The notes: generated from the sequence alone by a model not told the origin. Counted from the stretch's first letter, positions 10,826-20,861 are shown. The stretch: 64,000 nucleotides of DNA from Candidatus Cloacimonadales bacterium (GCA_963665815.1 OY762463.1:960001-1024000), one strand, 5' to 3'. Translations and numbers: made by a program.

Positions 10826-11809
10826 ATGACAAAAATTGCTGCTATTGATATTGGTTTTTCCAGAATTAAGATTTTATCAGGAACTAAAAGCAAAAAAGAC
10901 ATCTCAATTGATGAATTCAGAACAATTGCGTTCAGGAATGAGCTTCTTGAGAATGTCGGTCACTTAAAGTTCGATCCTGTAGAATTTTACAGAATCAATA
11001 TAGAATCAATACTGGAAATACTGATGGCTGAAATTGAGACACTGCACCCTAAAACAAGATATTACTTCACTTTCAACAGCTTATACTCGGATATCTATCT
11101 CAAATCAATTGATGCCGGAAACATGAAGAAGCTCAAGTATATCTGCGAATTCTACATGGATAAAATCAAAGGTGTTGACTCAGAATCTAATTACCAGATA
11201 ATCAATTATGATAAATCCAGCAAAACCGGTGAAGTCCTGTTATTTAACTATCAGGTAAGTCCGTTTGAAAACCTTCTTGAGATTATTAATCAGCTTGGAG
11301 TACATGTTGAAGGAGTAGAGTTTGATGCTTTATGTCTCGCTAATGCTCTGGATAACATGTCAGAATTTTCCGACAATACGAACCTGCTTATTGATTTCGG
11401 ATCATCCAAAACCACTCTGATTACCATGAAGTATCAGAAGATCATCTCCCTGAAGATCCTGCCTGTTTCCCTGCTTAATGTCTGGGAAAAAATCAGCAAG
11501 CGAAACAATGTAACACTTGCAGTTGCAGAAAATCTGATGAGAGAAGAATCAAGAGTAATCTTACCGGAGACACCTATTTTCTTCCTTTCAAAATTCTTCT
11601 CAAAAGTATGCGAAGAAATACAGGAGCTGGAAGAATTTGATTCAATCAATCAGGTATTCGTTTCCGGTGGTGCAATGAATTCAAACCATTATATCACTAT
11701 GCTCAGTGATTTAATTAATAAAAAAGTCATGGTATTCGATCCGTTTTCAGACTCATCCACGACTAATCTCACCGGTTATTCTGCAGCATACGGGCTATTC
11801 ATAAGGTAA
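10826..11809 (+). CDS. PilM/FtsA-like actin-fold protein (type IV pilus assembly PilM-like)
   Basis: AAIDIG...IK, LLIDFGSSKT, VFVSGG, AAYGL. Confidence 0.7.
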   Translation: MTKIAAIDIGFSRIKILSGTKSKKDISIDEFRTIAFRNELLENVGHLKFDPVEFYRINIESILEILMAEIETLHPKTRYYFTFNSLYSDIYLKSIDAGNMKKLKYICEFYMDKIKGVDSESNYQIINYDKSSKTGEVLLFNYQVSPFENLLEIINQLGVHVEGVEFDALCLANALDNMSEFSDNTNLLIDFGSSKTTLITMKYQKIISLKILPVSLLNVWEKISKRNNVTLAVAENLMREESRVILPETPIFFLSKFFSKVCEEIQELEEFDSINQVFVSGGAMNSNHYITMLSDLINKKVMVFDPFSDSSTTNLTGYSAAYGLFIR

Positions 11810-11814
11810 GTAAT

Positions 11815-12264
11815 ATGGGAAAATATTCTTTTAATCTTATTAATAAATTCGAAAAGATGAATAATTCAATAAAATGGATTATAATAAGCCTTTCCGTTGT
11901 TGTTATAACCGTTGTACTCCTTATTGGAGTTGTACCAAAACTGAGAAGTTCAAAACCAAAGATCAAACAACCTGTACATCAACAGGTAGCATCCAATGCT
12001 ACAGTAGATGTTAATCCGGATCTTCTGTCTACCAACGAGCAAATGCTTCAGGTAAATTTTGTCAATGAGTTCCAGGGATACCGAATTACAGGTATAAGCG
12101 TTGAGAAGAATAACTCTGTTGTCTATCTGGAAAAAGATCAATCTACTCAGGAATACAGAATCGGTGATGTTGTAATCGGGAACTTCTTTATCAATGATAT
12201 TCACTGGGCTCATATTATTCTGACAGACAATAATACTATTGTACATCTGAATAACACTAACTAA
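11815..12264 (+). CDS. Membrane-anchored protein, PilP/GspC-like
   Basis: N-terminal TM; C-terminal ITGI...YRIGD.V...I..I beta domain; follows the pilM-like gene. Confidence 0.45.
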   Translation: MGKYSFNLINKFEKMNNSIKWIIISLSVVVITVVLLIGVVPKLRSSKPKIKQPVHQQVASNATVDVNPDLLSTNEQMLQVNFVNEFQGYRITGISVEKNNSVVYLEKDQSTQEYRIGDVVIGNFFINDIHWAHIILTDNNTIVHLNNTN

Positions 12265-12285
12265 ACTTTATAAACTCTTATCAGC

Positions 12286-12948
12286 ATGTTTTTAACAGAT
12301 ATTCATAATCTGCTTCTCAGGCATTACGGAAATCTTAACTGGTGGCCAGGAGACTCGCAGGACGAAATCATCATCGGAGCAATTCTCACTCAAAATACAT
12401 CCTGGACACAAGTAGAAAAAGCAATTCAAAACCTTAAAGATGCAAATTTGTTATCTCTGAATAAACTTCTTATTTCTGAAGCTGCCGTGATTGAAGAAGC
12501 AATTAAGCCAAGCGGTTTCTTCAAGCAGAAAACAGGCTACCTGAAAAACACGGCTGAGTTCTTTACTAAAACAGAAGTAAAAGAGCTAAACAATAAGGTA
12601 TTCAGAAAAAAACTTCTGTCTGTAAAAGGAATCGGACAGGAAACAGCAGATTCTATTCTACTTTACGCATTCAATATCCCATTTTTCGTCATAGATGCCT
12701 ATACTAAGAGGATATTTTCCCGTCTTGGATTCTGTGACAAAACGATTAAATATACTAACCTGCAAAAGCGTTTTATGCAGGAAATAGAGCCTGATCACGA
12801 ACATTACAACAATTATCACGCAATGATAGTCAATCTGGCAAAGGACAACTGCCGAACTAAACCAATCTGCAGTTCATGCTGCTTGAGATCAAAATGCAGA
12901 ACATATAAGGAGATAAAGACTAATGAAAGCTGTAATACAAAGAGTTAA
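12286..12948 (+). CDS. Endonuclease III-like HhH-GPD glycosylase
   Basis: WWP, GAILTQNT.W, LLSVKGIGQETADSILLYA, C...P.C..C.L...C cluster. Confidence 0.92.
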   Translation: MFLTDIHNLLLRHYGNLNWWPGDSQDEIIIGAILTQNTSWTQVEKAIQNLKDANLLSLNKLLISEAAVIEEAIKPSGFFKQKTGYLKNTAEFFTKTEVKELNNKVFRKKLLSVKGIGQETADSILLYAFNIPFFVIDAYTKRIFSRLGFCDKTIKYTNLQKRFMQEIEPDHEHYNNYHAMIVNLAKDNCRTKPICSSCCLRSKCRTYKEIKTNESCNTKS

Positions 12949-13372
12949 ATCGGCATCAGTAATGGTGGATAATGAAATTGTCGGCGATATAGGCACCGGA
13001 CTTCTTATACTTCTCGGAGTAACACATAACGATACAGATATAGATCTGGAAAAATTCTGCCAGAAAATTACTGATCTGAGAATCTTTCCGGATGATAAAA
13101 AACCTATGAATCAGTCTGTAACCGATATCGGTGGTGAACTCCTTATCGTTTCCCAGTTTACACTGTATGCAGGATGCAAAAAAGGTCGTCGCCCTGATTT
13201 CATGCAGGCAGCAAAACCTGATGTTGCAGAAGATATTTATGAAGAAGTTATTGACATTCTTCAGAGAACAGGTTTAAAATTAGAAACAGGTGTCTTTGGA
13301 GCTCATATGGATGTATCGCTTGTGAATGACGGACCTGTAACAATAATACTGGATTCTGAAGATATCTGTTAA
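12923..13372 (+). CDS. dtd: D-aminoacyl-tRNA deacylase
   Basis: MKAVIQRV, SQFTL, KGRRP, NDGPVT. Confidence 0.97.
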   Translation: MKAVIQRVKSASVMVDNEIVGDIGTGLLILLGVTHNDTDIDLEKFCQKITDLRIFPDDKKPMNQSVTDIGGELLIVSQFTLYAGCKKGRRPDFMQAAKPDVAEDIYEEVIDILQRTGLKLETGVFGAHMDVSLVNDGPVTIILDSEDIC

Positions 13373-13417
13373 TGTTATCACTTAGCAAAGGCATAATTGT
13401 AAAAGGTAGAGGATTTA

Positions 13418-14443
13418 ATGAGAAAAAACTCAGAATGCAGAAAGGTTAGACCAATCACAATAATTTTAAAGCCATTTCAATTGGCATTATACATAATTAT
13501 TCAATTATTATTCATACCGTTAGCAATAGCAGGTTTAATCGTAGCCGTCCATAAAGAATTTAAACTAAGCAAGAAATACAAAGTCTCATTCTCAGGCATA
13601 AAAGCTTTGCAGTACAGGTGGTTTATGCACTATTTCGAAACAAGACCGGATTCATTATCTGTCAATTTCACAAAACACTTCCCCTGTGAATCCCACTGGG
13701 GTATGATGTCGCTTATGGGGCCATTAATCATAGCTCAAAAGTTTTTCGGATTCAGGACAAAGATAGGAAAACTGGTTGAGCCCGGTGAAGAAACTATTGA
13801 GTCAGCCTCCGGCATAAGGGTTCTCAGGTTTGACACGATCATGGAGAAATACATTGATCAGGTTGAACAGGTAGTAATCCCGGGAGCAGGTTTCGATCTG
13901 ATTGCTCTACACTACACTAAAAACAGGAATGTGAAGGTCTATGAGTTGGACCAGACGCATACTCTACAGATAAAGCTTGATACAATGAGGAAAGCTGGAA
14001 TTGCTCATGACTGGATTACATATATTCCTGTGGACTATTCAACGGAATTCTGGATTGATAAACTTCTCGAAGCAGGATTTGATAAAACAAAGAAAACTTT
14101 ATTCCTCTGGCAGAGCGTATCACTTTATCTTGATGAGCAAACAGTAAAACAAACTCTCAGAGAAATGGCAGAGTTAAGCTGCCCGGGCAGTATTATTGCT
14201 CAGGACTTCTATTCTACAGCTTTGTTTACGGGTGAAATATCCAAATCAGCAATGAGAATAATGAATATGATAAACAAAATGGGAGAGCCCTGGAAATTCA
14301 CTATTGATATGTCAGAAGGTGCAGACAATGCGATTGGAACGTTTCTCAGCGAATGTGGATTAAAAATGACATCCTGCGATCAGTTTGGGAAAAAACTGGA
14401 TATACCCCCATATTATTGTATTATTGAGTGTGAGAAGGAGTAG
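13418..14443 (+). CDS. SAM-dependent methyltransferase (leucine carboxyl methyltransferase family)
   Basis: QVVIPGAGFD, VYELDQ, LFLWQSVSLYL. Confidence 0.85.
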   Translation: MRKNSECRKVRPITIILKPFQLALYIIIQLLFIPLAIAGLIVAVHKEFKLSKKYKVSFSGIKALQYRWFMHYFETRPDSLSVNFTKHFPCESHWGMMSLMGPLIIAQKFFGFRTKIGKLVEPGEETIESASGIRVLRFDTIMEKYIDQVEQVVIPGAGFDLIALHYTKNRNVKVYELDQTHTLQIKLDTMRKAGIAHDWITYIPVDYSTEFWIDKLLEAGFDKTKKTLFLWQSVSLYLDEQTVKQTLREMAELSCPGSIIAQDFYSTALFTGEISKSAMRIMNMINKMGEPWKFTIDMSEGADNAIGTFLSECGLKMTSCDQFGKKLDIPPYYCIIECEKE

Positions 14444-14493
14444 ATGTTATGCATATCTAGGATATTAAAAAAATGAATCTCGATACTCTTTGA

Positions 14494-15414
14494 TCATTTA
14501 CTTTCTTTCGCTTCTCGTTCAATCTTTTTAATCTCGCTTAGTTCAATATTTACTCTGCCATCGCTGGTTCTTGGAGTATTGTTAATTATCTTTTTAATTT
14601 TTTTGACAGCTTTTTCTTCCTTAATTACTATACCTTTTGAATATAAGTCTTTTATGGACAATACCCTTAAGTGTTTGTTCTGTATAGAAAACATTATAAC
14701 CAGACATAAGTAGTTTTCTTCATCATCCTGATATACTAATACAATGCTGTAAAGGTTGTTATCAACAATCTGGAATAAGTATTTCTTTATTACAGAAATG
14801 CTTTTTAACATATCTATTTCATCTTGATTCACGAGAGATAAATAATTCTTCATCATTGCTAAATTTTTGTTTTTTAGCGCTTTTTTAAGTGATCTTAAAA
14901 AAAATGTAATTTTCTGATCAATTTCTGGAAGAATCAGATCGTTTCCATATTTGTAACCTTTATCGATATTGATTCTTGCATTAATCTTTTTCTTCAGAAT
15001 TGAAACTTTTTTCCTTATCGAATCATTTGAGAGTCCATATTCCGAAATTAACTCTGATCTTTCTATGTTAGAAAAATACTTCAGAAGAAATTCCAATTCA
15101 TCAGTTTCAAGATAAGTGCTAATCTGATTAAAACATCTGAGTGGCTCTTCAGTTTCAAAATCAATAATCAGCTTTTTTTGCTCTAAAATTTCTTCTTCTT
15201 TCAAATATTTCTTATAGCTTTTCTTGAAGAGATTAGAGCTGACTTTAATAATCCATGCATCTGGATTTTTTATTGAATCCTTACTTAAGTAGTATTGATA
15301 TATTGCACTTGCAGAAATTTCTCTTGCTAAGTCATGGTTTGACGTTAAAGAATATGTGTATGTAAAACTTCTTTTCAGTAATTTTTTTATCTTTTTTTCT
15401 TCAAACTCAATCAC
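14494..15414 (-). CDS. Divergent ECF-like sigma factor with C-terminal extension
   Basis: Sigma2-like DLAREI...IKNPDAWIIKVSSN, sigma4-like LISEYGLSNDSIRKKVSILKKKI, then about 155 aa extension. Confidence 0.55.
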   Translation of the reverse strand: MIEFEEKKIKKLLKRSFTYTYSLTSNHDLAREISASAIYQYYLSKDSIKNPDAWIIKVSSNLFKKSYKKYLKEEEILEQKKLIIDFETEEPLRCFNQISTYLETDELEFLLKYFSNIERSELISEYGLSNDSIRKKVSILKKKINARINIDKGYKYGNDLILPEIDQKITFFLRSLKKALKNKNLAMMKNYLSLVNQDEIDMLKSISVIKKYLFQIVDNNLYSIVLVYQDDEENYLCLVIMFSIQNKHLRVLSIKDLYSKGIVIKEEKAVKKIKKIINNTPRTSDGRVNIELSEIKKIEREAKESK

Positions 15415-15751
15415 AAATCATCCACCTTTCGACACTATAATTATAAAAAGAGATTATTTTCACACAAAAATCTTATTAATTTTACTATGTTGTCAATAAT
15501 TTTTCAGCCTATCGAACCAGTATAAGGCTATCGGGATGAGGCTTATTGATAGTATGTTGCAAAAAGAAAAAAATAAGAAATATCGTCAGATCAGGGTCAG
15601 AAACTTGTAATCAGAAATGATAATTTTTTGTTAAGAAAAGGTGGCATAAATACCTGTAGTGGCAATCTGAAACATGGGAGGGCATTTCCAGTTTCGCATT
15701 GGACTCTGTATGTACACAACTAAACGGAATAAGTATAATGTTAAAATATCC

Positions 15752-15805
15752 CCTCACTACTCACGAGTAATCAGAGATTTAATACCCATGGAATAATCTC
15801 CAAAT
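15752..15805 (+). repeat. Degenerate copy of 17390-17445 (3' end of lipoprotein gene)
   Basis: CTCACGAGTAATCAGAGATTTAATACCCATGGAATAATCTCCAAAT vs CTCACAGGTAATCAGATATTTAATACCCATGGAATGGTCCTCAAAT. Confidence 0.8.
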
Positions 15806-16034
15806 ATACTTAAAAAAAGGCTAATAATTAGGCTATCTTTACAACATGCATCCCCCCGAAACCCAAATACAATGTATGTATAACCTATTATAAATAAAAG
15901 TTTTGAAACAGTAAATCAGTGGAAAATATAAATCAATGTAATAGCTTTGAACTAAGTATGATTGTTTTTAATTGATGGTATTTTATCTTTTTTGTCCGTA
16001 TAGTAAATTTTCCCGCTAAGAAATCCTGAAGCCT

Positions 16035-16252
16035 TGGAAGGATTTTAGGGAGGATTTACGGTTTCAGCTTGCTGAAAATACATTTAGATGAAATTCACTA
16101 ATTTCATCAACTATTACAACTGTTCTTTTGCTTCGTTTTCTTTGGCACCAAAGAAAATGAAGAGTGCATTTTTCTAAGAAATGTCTGCTAAAAATCCTTC
16201 CAGTTATCTTGAATTCAGATTTTCAAGAAAAAACGGGAGGATTCAAAATCCT
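16035..16252. repeat. Multi-hairpin palindromic (REP/MITE-like) element
   Basis: Outer 12-bp IR TGGAAGGATTTT/AAAATCCTTCCA; inner hairpins GATGAAATT/AATTTCATC and CTTCGTTTTCTTTG/CAAAGAAAATGAAG. Confidence 0.7.
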
Positions 16253-16317
16253 TACAAACATTGACAAGAAACATTGAATATGTCAATTGTTGTCCAATTC
16301 TTAATAAAGGAGAAACT

Positions 16318-17175
16318 ATGTTTTATGTATTTATTTCAATCATAGCATTTCTATTTGTTTTTGTTATGGGTGCTAAAATTGTTCGTCCAACCGAAAGAGC
16401 TTTAATTGAGACCCTCGGACGCTATTCAAGATTTTCGTTACCCGGATTTCACTGGATATTTCCCGGTATACAAAAAATGTTCAAAGTGAATGTAACAGAA
16501 ATTATGGCAGATATAGAGCCTCAGGAGATAATTACTAAAAATAGAATGAATGCTCAGGTAGATCTGGTCATATATTACAGAGTAAGAGCTGACGAAGAAT
16601 CCGTTAAAAAATCTCAATATAACGTAAACGACTTTCACTCCGAAATTGTAATGCTTGCTAAAACAACAGCAAGAAACGTAATCGGTGAGTTAATTTTTGA
16701 AGATGTAAACAGCAAGAGAAATGAGTTGAACAAGAAACTGCAGTTGATTCTGGACCATGAAAGCGATGCCTGGGGTGTTCAAGTTGTAAGAGTTGAGCTA
16801 AAAGAGATTCTACCACCTCACGATGTTCAGGAAACAATGAACAACGTAATTAAGGGCGAGAATAAAAAAACTGCAGCTATTGATTTTGCTTCTGCAAAGG
16901 AAATTGAAGCTGACGGAACAAGAAGAGCTCTAGTTAAAGTTGCCGAAGGTAAAAAACAGGCTGCAATTCTGGAAGCTGAAGGAAAGGCAAAATCTTATGA
17001 ATTGATTAACAAATCATTTATAGGAAATGCACAGGAGCTGAAACGATACGAAATCACCGAGAATTCTCTGGTGAATAACTCGAAAATCATCCTGACCGAT
17101 AAAGGTATCTCTCCACAATTAATTCTGGGAGATATCCCGATTACTAAGAAAACCGAAGCTCCTGCAGACAGTTAG
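16318..17175 (+). CDS. SPFH/band 7 (stomatin-like) protein
   Basis: N-terminal TM, PGFH...P, RNVIG, WGVQVVRVELKEI.PP; start set at the ATG after GGAG. Confidence 0.93.
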   Translation: MFYVFISIIAFLFVFVMGAKIVRPTERALIETLGRYSRFSLPGFHWIFPGIQKMFKVNVTEIMADIEPQEIITKNRMNAQVDLVIYYRVRADEESVKKSQYNVNDFHSEIVMLAKTTARNVIGELIFEDVNSKRNELNKKLQLILDHESDAWGVQVVRVELKEILPPHDVQETMNNVIKGENKKTAAIDFASAKEIEADGTRRALVKVAEGKKQAAILEAEGKAKSYELINKSFIGNAQELKRYEITENSLVNNSKIILTDKGISPQLILGDIPITKKTEAPADS

Positions 17176-17393
17176 GAGTGAACACTGACCAGACAGATAA
17201 TAAATCAGACTGTTTGAGTTAATAAATCAATTATCATCAATAGCAATGAGACCAAAAACTCATTGCTTTTTTGGTAATTCTCACGAAATTAGAGATTGGT
17301 CATCAATAAAAGAAGCTATTTTAACAACACTTTTATTGACAGGCTGTGATGAGAGAGAGTTTCTACCAATTCAATCTGTGTTAACTTTGCCTC

Positions 17394-18014
17394 TTACTCC
17401 TCACAGGTAATCAGATATTTAATACCCATGGAATGGTCCTCAAATCGCCTCAACTTGATAATCATATTATCTTCTGATTTGGACAAGCTGACACAATTCA
17501 GTTGAATGTCCATCCCTATTGACGGCTTTTTATCGTATTTTATAAATTTCTCTTTATCAACACAGCTATAGTAATTCCCAACATACACACCAAAGTATTT
17601 CTTGTTTATGTTTGAGCCGTCCTCTCTGCCCTCAGAAAGCAATTTCATCGACTCTCTATAGAGGTTGATACAGATTGTCTCATGGACATCGTACTTTACG
17701 TTACATTGATCCAGATTAGAAAACATCACAACACCATTCTTGTCCGTTTTTTTTGTGTCGGTAGTAGAAAAGTACTTCAGATCGGCTCCACCTAAAGGCA
17801 TCAGGTTGATGCATCTGGCACGCATCTTTCTTTCAACAAGAGAATAAAAGACTTCAATGTTCTCTAAAGGCTTTCCTGTCTTCGCATCAACTACGGTTAT
17901 CTTTAATGGCCGTGTTTTCCCGGCTATTGTACAACCGAATATGAGTACCATAACCAGGAGCAGGAACATTATCTTTATGCATTTGAGCTTTGCAAGCCTT
18001 ATCTTATCATTCAT
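17394..18014 (-). CDS. Hypothetical lipoprotein with carboxypeptidase-regulatory-like N-terminal motif
   Basis: LIFGC lipobox; VVDAKTGKPLENIEV and TDKNG motifs. Confidence 0.65.
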   Translation of the reverse strand: MNDKIRLAKLKCIKIMFLLLVMVLIFGCTIAGKTRPLKITVVDAKTGKPLENIEVFYSLVERKMRARCINLMPLGGADLKYFSTTDTKKTDKNGVVMFSNLDQCNVKYDVHETICINLYRESMKLLSEGREDGSNINKKYFGVYVGNYYSCVDKEKFIKYDKKPSIGMDIQLNCVSLSKSEDNMIIKLRRFEDHSMGIKYLITCEE

Positions 18015-18255
18015 TTCATCTCCTTTCTGTCCAGATCTGTTTATCAGAAAGAAATTGCAGATATTGTCTATAATGAGAGAGACTCATAAAAACAGCAAGA
18101 TAATTTTTTGCAGCTCTTAATTACTCCCAAAACAAAAAACTTGCCCTCATGCTCTATACATTCATATTTTAGTTATAGTGACAATATGTGTTCTTTGCAT
18201 AATTGCAGTAGCTGACTCGATTTCAGACAGCAACCAATAGTTAGAAGGTGTTAAG

Positions 18256-20091
18256 ATGGAACTAAAAAAAGATATAAATTTTTTCGGGGTTTTCAGTATT
18301 GCCACCGGAGCAATGATCAGCTCAGGTATTTTCATTCTTCCGGGATTAGCGTTCACTATGGCAGGTCCTGCAATATTCCTTACCTACCTGCTGGCAGGTG
18401 TTCTTGCTCTGGCGGGAGTATTAAGCGTTATTGAACTGGCAACAGCCATGCCAAAATCCGGTGGAGATTTCTACTTCATCAACAAAACATTCGGTCCGTT
18501 GTTGGGGACAATTTCCGGATTCCTCGGTTGGTTTACCCTCTCACTAAAAAGTGCGTTTGCAATCTTCGGTATATCGGAGATTGTGTTCCTGTTCTGGGGT
18601 ATCAGTCCGTTAATATCCGGTCTTGTATTATGTACAATCTTTGTGATTATCAACATATTCGGAGTCAAGGAAGCTGTAGCCTTTCAGAATATACTTGTTG
18701 CCGGTTTACTGGCTTTAATGCTGGCTTACATCTCTTTCGGGCTGCCAAATGTGGATGCATCCAGAATAACAAATGTGCTCTCAACAGGTTTTAACACAAT
18801 CGTTATCACTGCCGGATTCGTTTTTATAGCCTATGGCGGCCTACTCCAGGTTGTAAACGTTTCCGAGGAAATAAATAACCCTAAAAGGAATATACCGCTG
18901 GGAATTATCTCCTCAATCACCGTAGTAACAATTATTTATACTATCATAACTTATATCATTACAGGTACACTACCTGCAAAAGAGTTCAGCGGATCTCTCA
19001 CACCGGTCGCTGACTCTGCCAGATTATTCATGGGAAGCCCCGGATTCTGGGCAATCAGTATTGCCTCACTCATTGCTTTTGTTACAACTGCCAATGCCGG
19101 AATTATGGCTGCTTCCAGATATCCTTTGGCTCTCAGTAGAGAACACCTTCTTCCGAGTGCGATCTCGAAAATCAACAAGAAGTTTAAGACTCCGTCCATA
19201 GCAATTATCCTGACAGGTGTCTTCATATATGTTTCACTCCTTCTACCTCTGGAGATGCTTGTAAAAGCAGCGTCTACAGTCGTTCTCACATCCTATGTAC
19301 TGACTAATATAGCTGTGATAATCTTTAGAGAAAGCAGAATCACAAACTATAAGCCAAGCTTTAAATCACCCTTTTATCCATGGCTGCAGATTATTACAAT
19401 TATATCATTCCTGCTGATCATTGCTGATATCGGAATGCAGGCTGTGGAAATCAGTTTGTCCCTGTTGGTCATCAGTATAGGTATCTACTTTGCCTATGGA
19501 AGGAAAGCCAAAAACAAGGAATACGCCTTCCTTCACCTGATGAAACGCTTTGTTGATGATAAGCTGACCGATAATCTTCTCGAAGACGAACTCAGGGATG
19601 TAGTTATTAATAGAGACAGTATTGAGCAGGATAGCTTCGATAAACTGATCAAGTCTGCAGAAATCATTGATATGGAGAACCAGGGTGATTACGAATATAT
19701 GCTGAAGTCAATAATGAATCAACTTGTGGAAAAGACTCAGATGGATCCGAAAGAACTGCTGAATAAATACTTGAATGCTCAGAAGGAAACTAATTTTGCT
19801 ATATCAGAATTTCTGGCTATCCCCCACATTGTTATAGATGGAACAGATAAATGCTTCCTGCTGATTATCAGAAACAAAAAGGGGATTAAGTTCACCGAGA
19901 ATGAGAATAAGGTTAATGCAGTTTTCGTGCTTGGTGGAACTAAAGACAAACGAGTCGTTCACCTGAGAAACATTGCATCAATCGCCTCCCTGGTGTATGA
20001 AGAGGACTTCCAAAAGAAGTGGATTAATGCTGAGAATGAGACTGAATTGAAAAACCTGATGCTTCTGAGTAGTAGGAAGAGGTATTTTTAG
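18256..20091 (+). CDS. APC-family amino acid permease fused to PTS EIIA-like domain
   Basis: GAMISSGIFILPG, ELATAMPKSGG, EEI.NPKRNIP, SR; C-terminal LAIPH. Confidence 0.92.
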   Translation: MELKKDINFFGVFSIATGAMISSGIFILPGLAFTMAGPAIFLTYLLAGVLALAGVLSVIELATAMPKSGGDFYFINKTFGPLLGTISGFLGWFTLSLKSAFAIFGISEIVFLFWGISPLISGLVLCTIFVIINIFGVKEAVAFQNILVAGLLALMLAYISFGLPNVDASRITNVLSTGFNTIVITAGFVFIAYGGLLQVVNVSEEINNPKRNIPLGIISSITVVTIIYTIITYIITGTLPAKEFSGSLTPVADSARLFMGSPGFWAISIASLIAFVTTANAGIMAASRYPLALSREHLLPSAISKINKKFKTPSIAIILTGVFIYVSLLLPLEMLVKAASTVVLTSYVLTNIAVIIFRESRITNYKPSFKSPFYPWLQIITIISFLLIIADIGMQAVEISLSLLVISIGIYFAYGRKAKNKEYAFLHLMKRFVDDKLTDNLLEDELRDVVINRDSIEQDSFDKLIKSAEIIDMENQGDYEYMLKSIMNQLVEKTQMDPKELLNKYLNAQKETNFAISEFLAIPHIVIDGTDKCFLLIIRNKKGIKFTENENKVNAVFVLGGTKDKRVVHLRNIASIASLVYEEDFQKKWINAENETELKNLMLLSSRKRYF

Positions 20092-20097
20092 GGGGAG

Positions 20098-20319
20098 TCA
20101 ATCCACCCTCAGCTTCCCCATGAAACGGATATAGTTTGTTTCTTTCGCCCCAATACGATGACCACAGTTTGGACAAAGGACATCATCATTTTCCTCTATG
20201 CAGTAGCTTTTCCGGATACAGGAATAATACATGCGGATTAGAGAGCCTTTCCCCACTTTCCTGTAGCGAAAGAGCTTCTGCTTGCAATCAGGACATTTGA
20301 TAGTTATGATTTTTTCCAT
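20098..20319 (-). CDS. Small Zn-ribbon protein
   Basis: CPDC...LFRYRKVGKG...CPNC. Confidence 0.75.
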   Translation of the reverse strand: MEKIITIKCPDCKQKLFRYRKVGKGSLIRMYYSCIRKSYCIEENDDVLCPNCGHRIGAKETNYIRFMGKLRVD

Positions 20320-20402
20320 ACCTTATCTAAGCTGAGTATACAATAGAGTCAAGGATTTATAAGTTGGTGCTAAAACATGACTTTTTCCCTTGGGATCAGC
20401 AC

Positions 20403-20590
20403 ACAGTGTGTATAAAAACAGATTTTGTCGCTTCACTCACTCAAAAACTACTTCCCTTCGACTCCGCTCAGGGTACTTACAACTCTAACTTTTTCAGTAA
20501 GTTAAGCTGATTGAGTCCCGAATAATCGGGAAAATCTACGACATAAATTATTGAAAATTTCAAGATATTTCGCGTTTTCACACAGTCTGT
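20403..20590. mobile_element. Putative non-autonomous MITE/REP-containing element
   Basis: Imperfect terminal IRs (13/17: ACAGTGTGTATAAAAAC vs revcomp ACAGACTGTGTGAAAAC) enclose CCCTTCGACTCCGCTCAGGG and CCCGAATAATCGGG hairpins. Confidence 0.5.
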
Positions 20591-20861
20591 CAATCAACAT
20601 AGATTATTCATCAAGAATTCTTATTCACTTCTTATAACTTCACTTAACATAACTTAAGAAAAGTTATTTTATATTAAGTATATTTTCTTTAATTTAAATT
20701 TTTGCTTGACAAATTATATGAATTATGTTTTCTGTCTCATCGAATGTTTTTAAACAACGAGAGCATGGTTCAACACAAATCAATATGGTGTGACATTGAT
20801 TAGATTTCAATCGAGTTAAAACTTACAAAGATAATAATTACTTTATGCAGGAGGTGACAAC

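Noticed and set aside
17200-17350. Possible second IS-end-like MITE (CAGACTGT...ACAGGCTG)
   Set aside because: The IR match is too short; the internal AGCAATGAG/CTCATTGCT hairpin is explained as the SPFH terminator.
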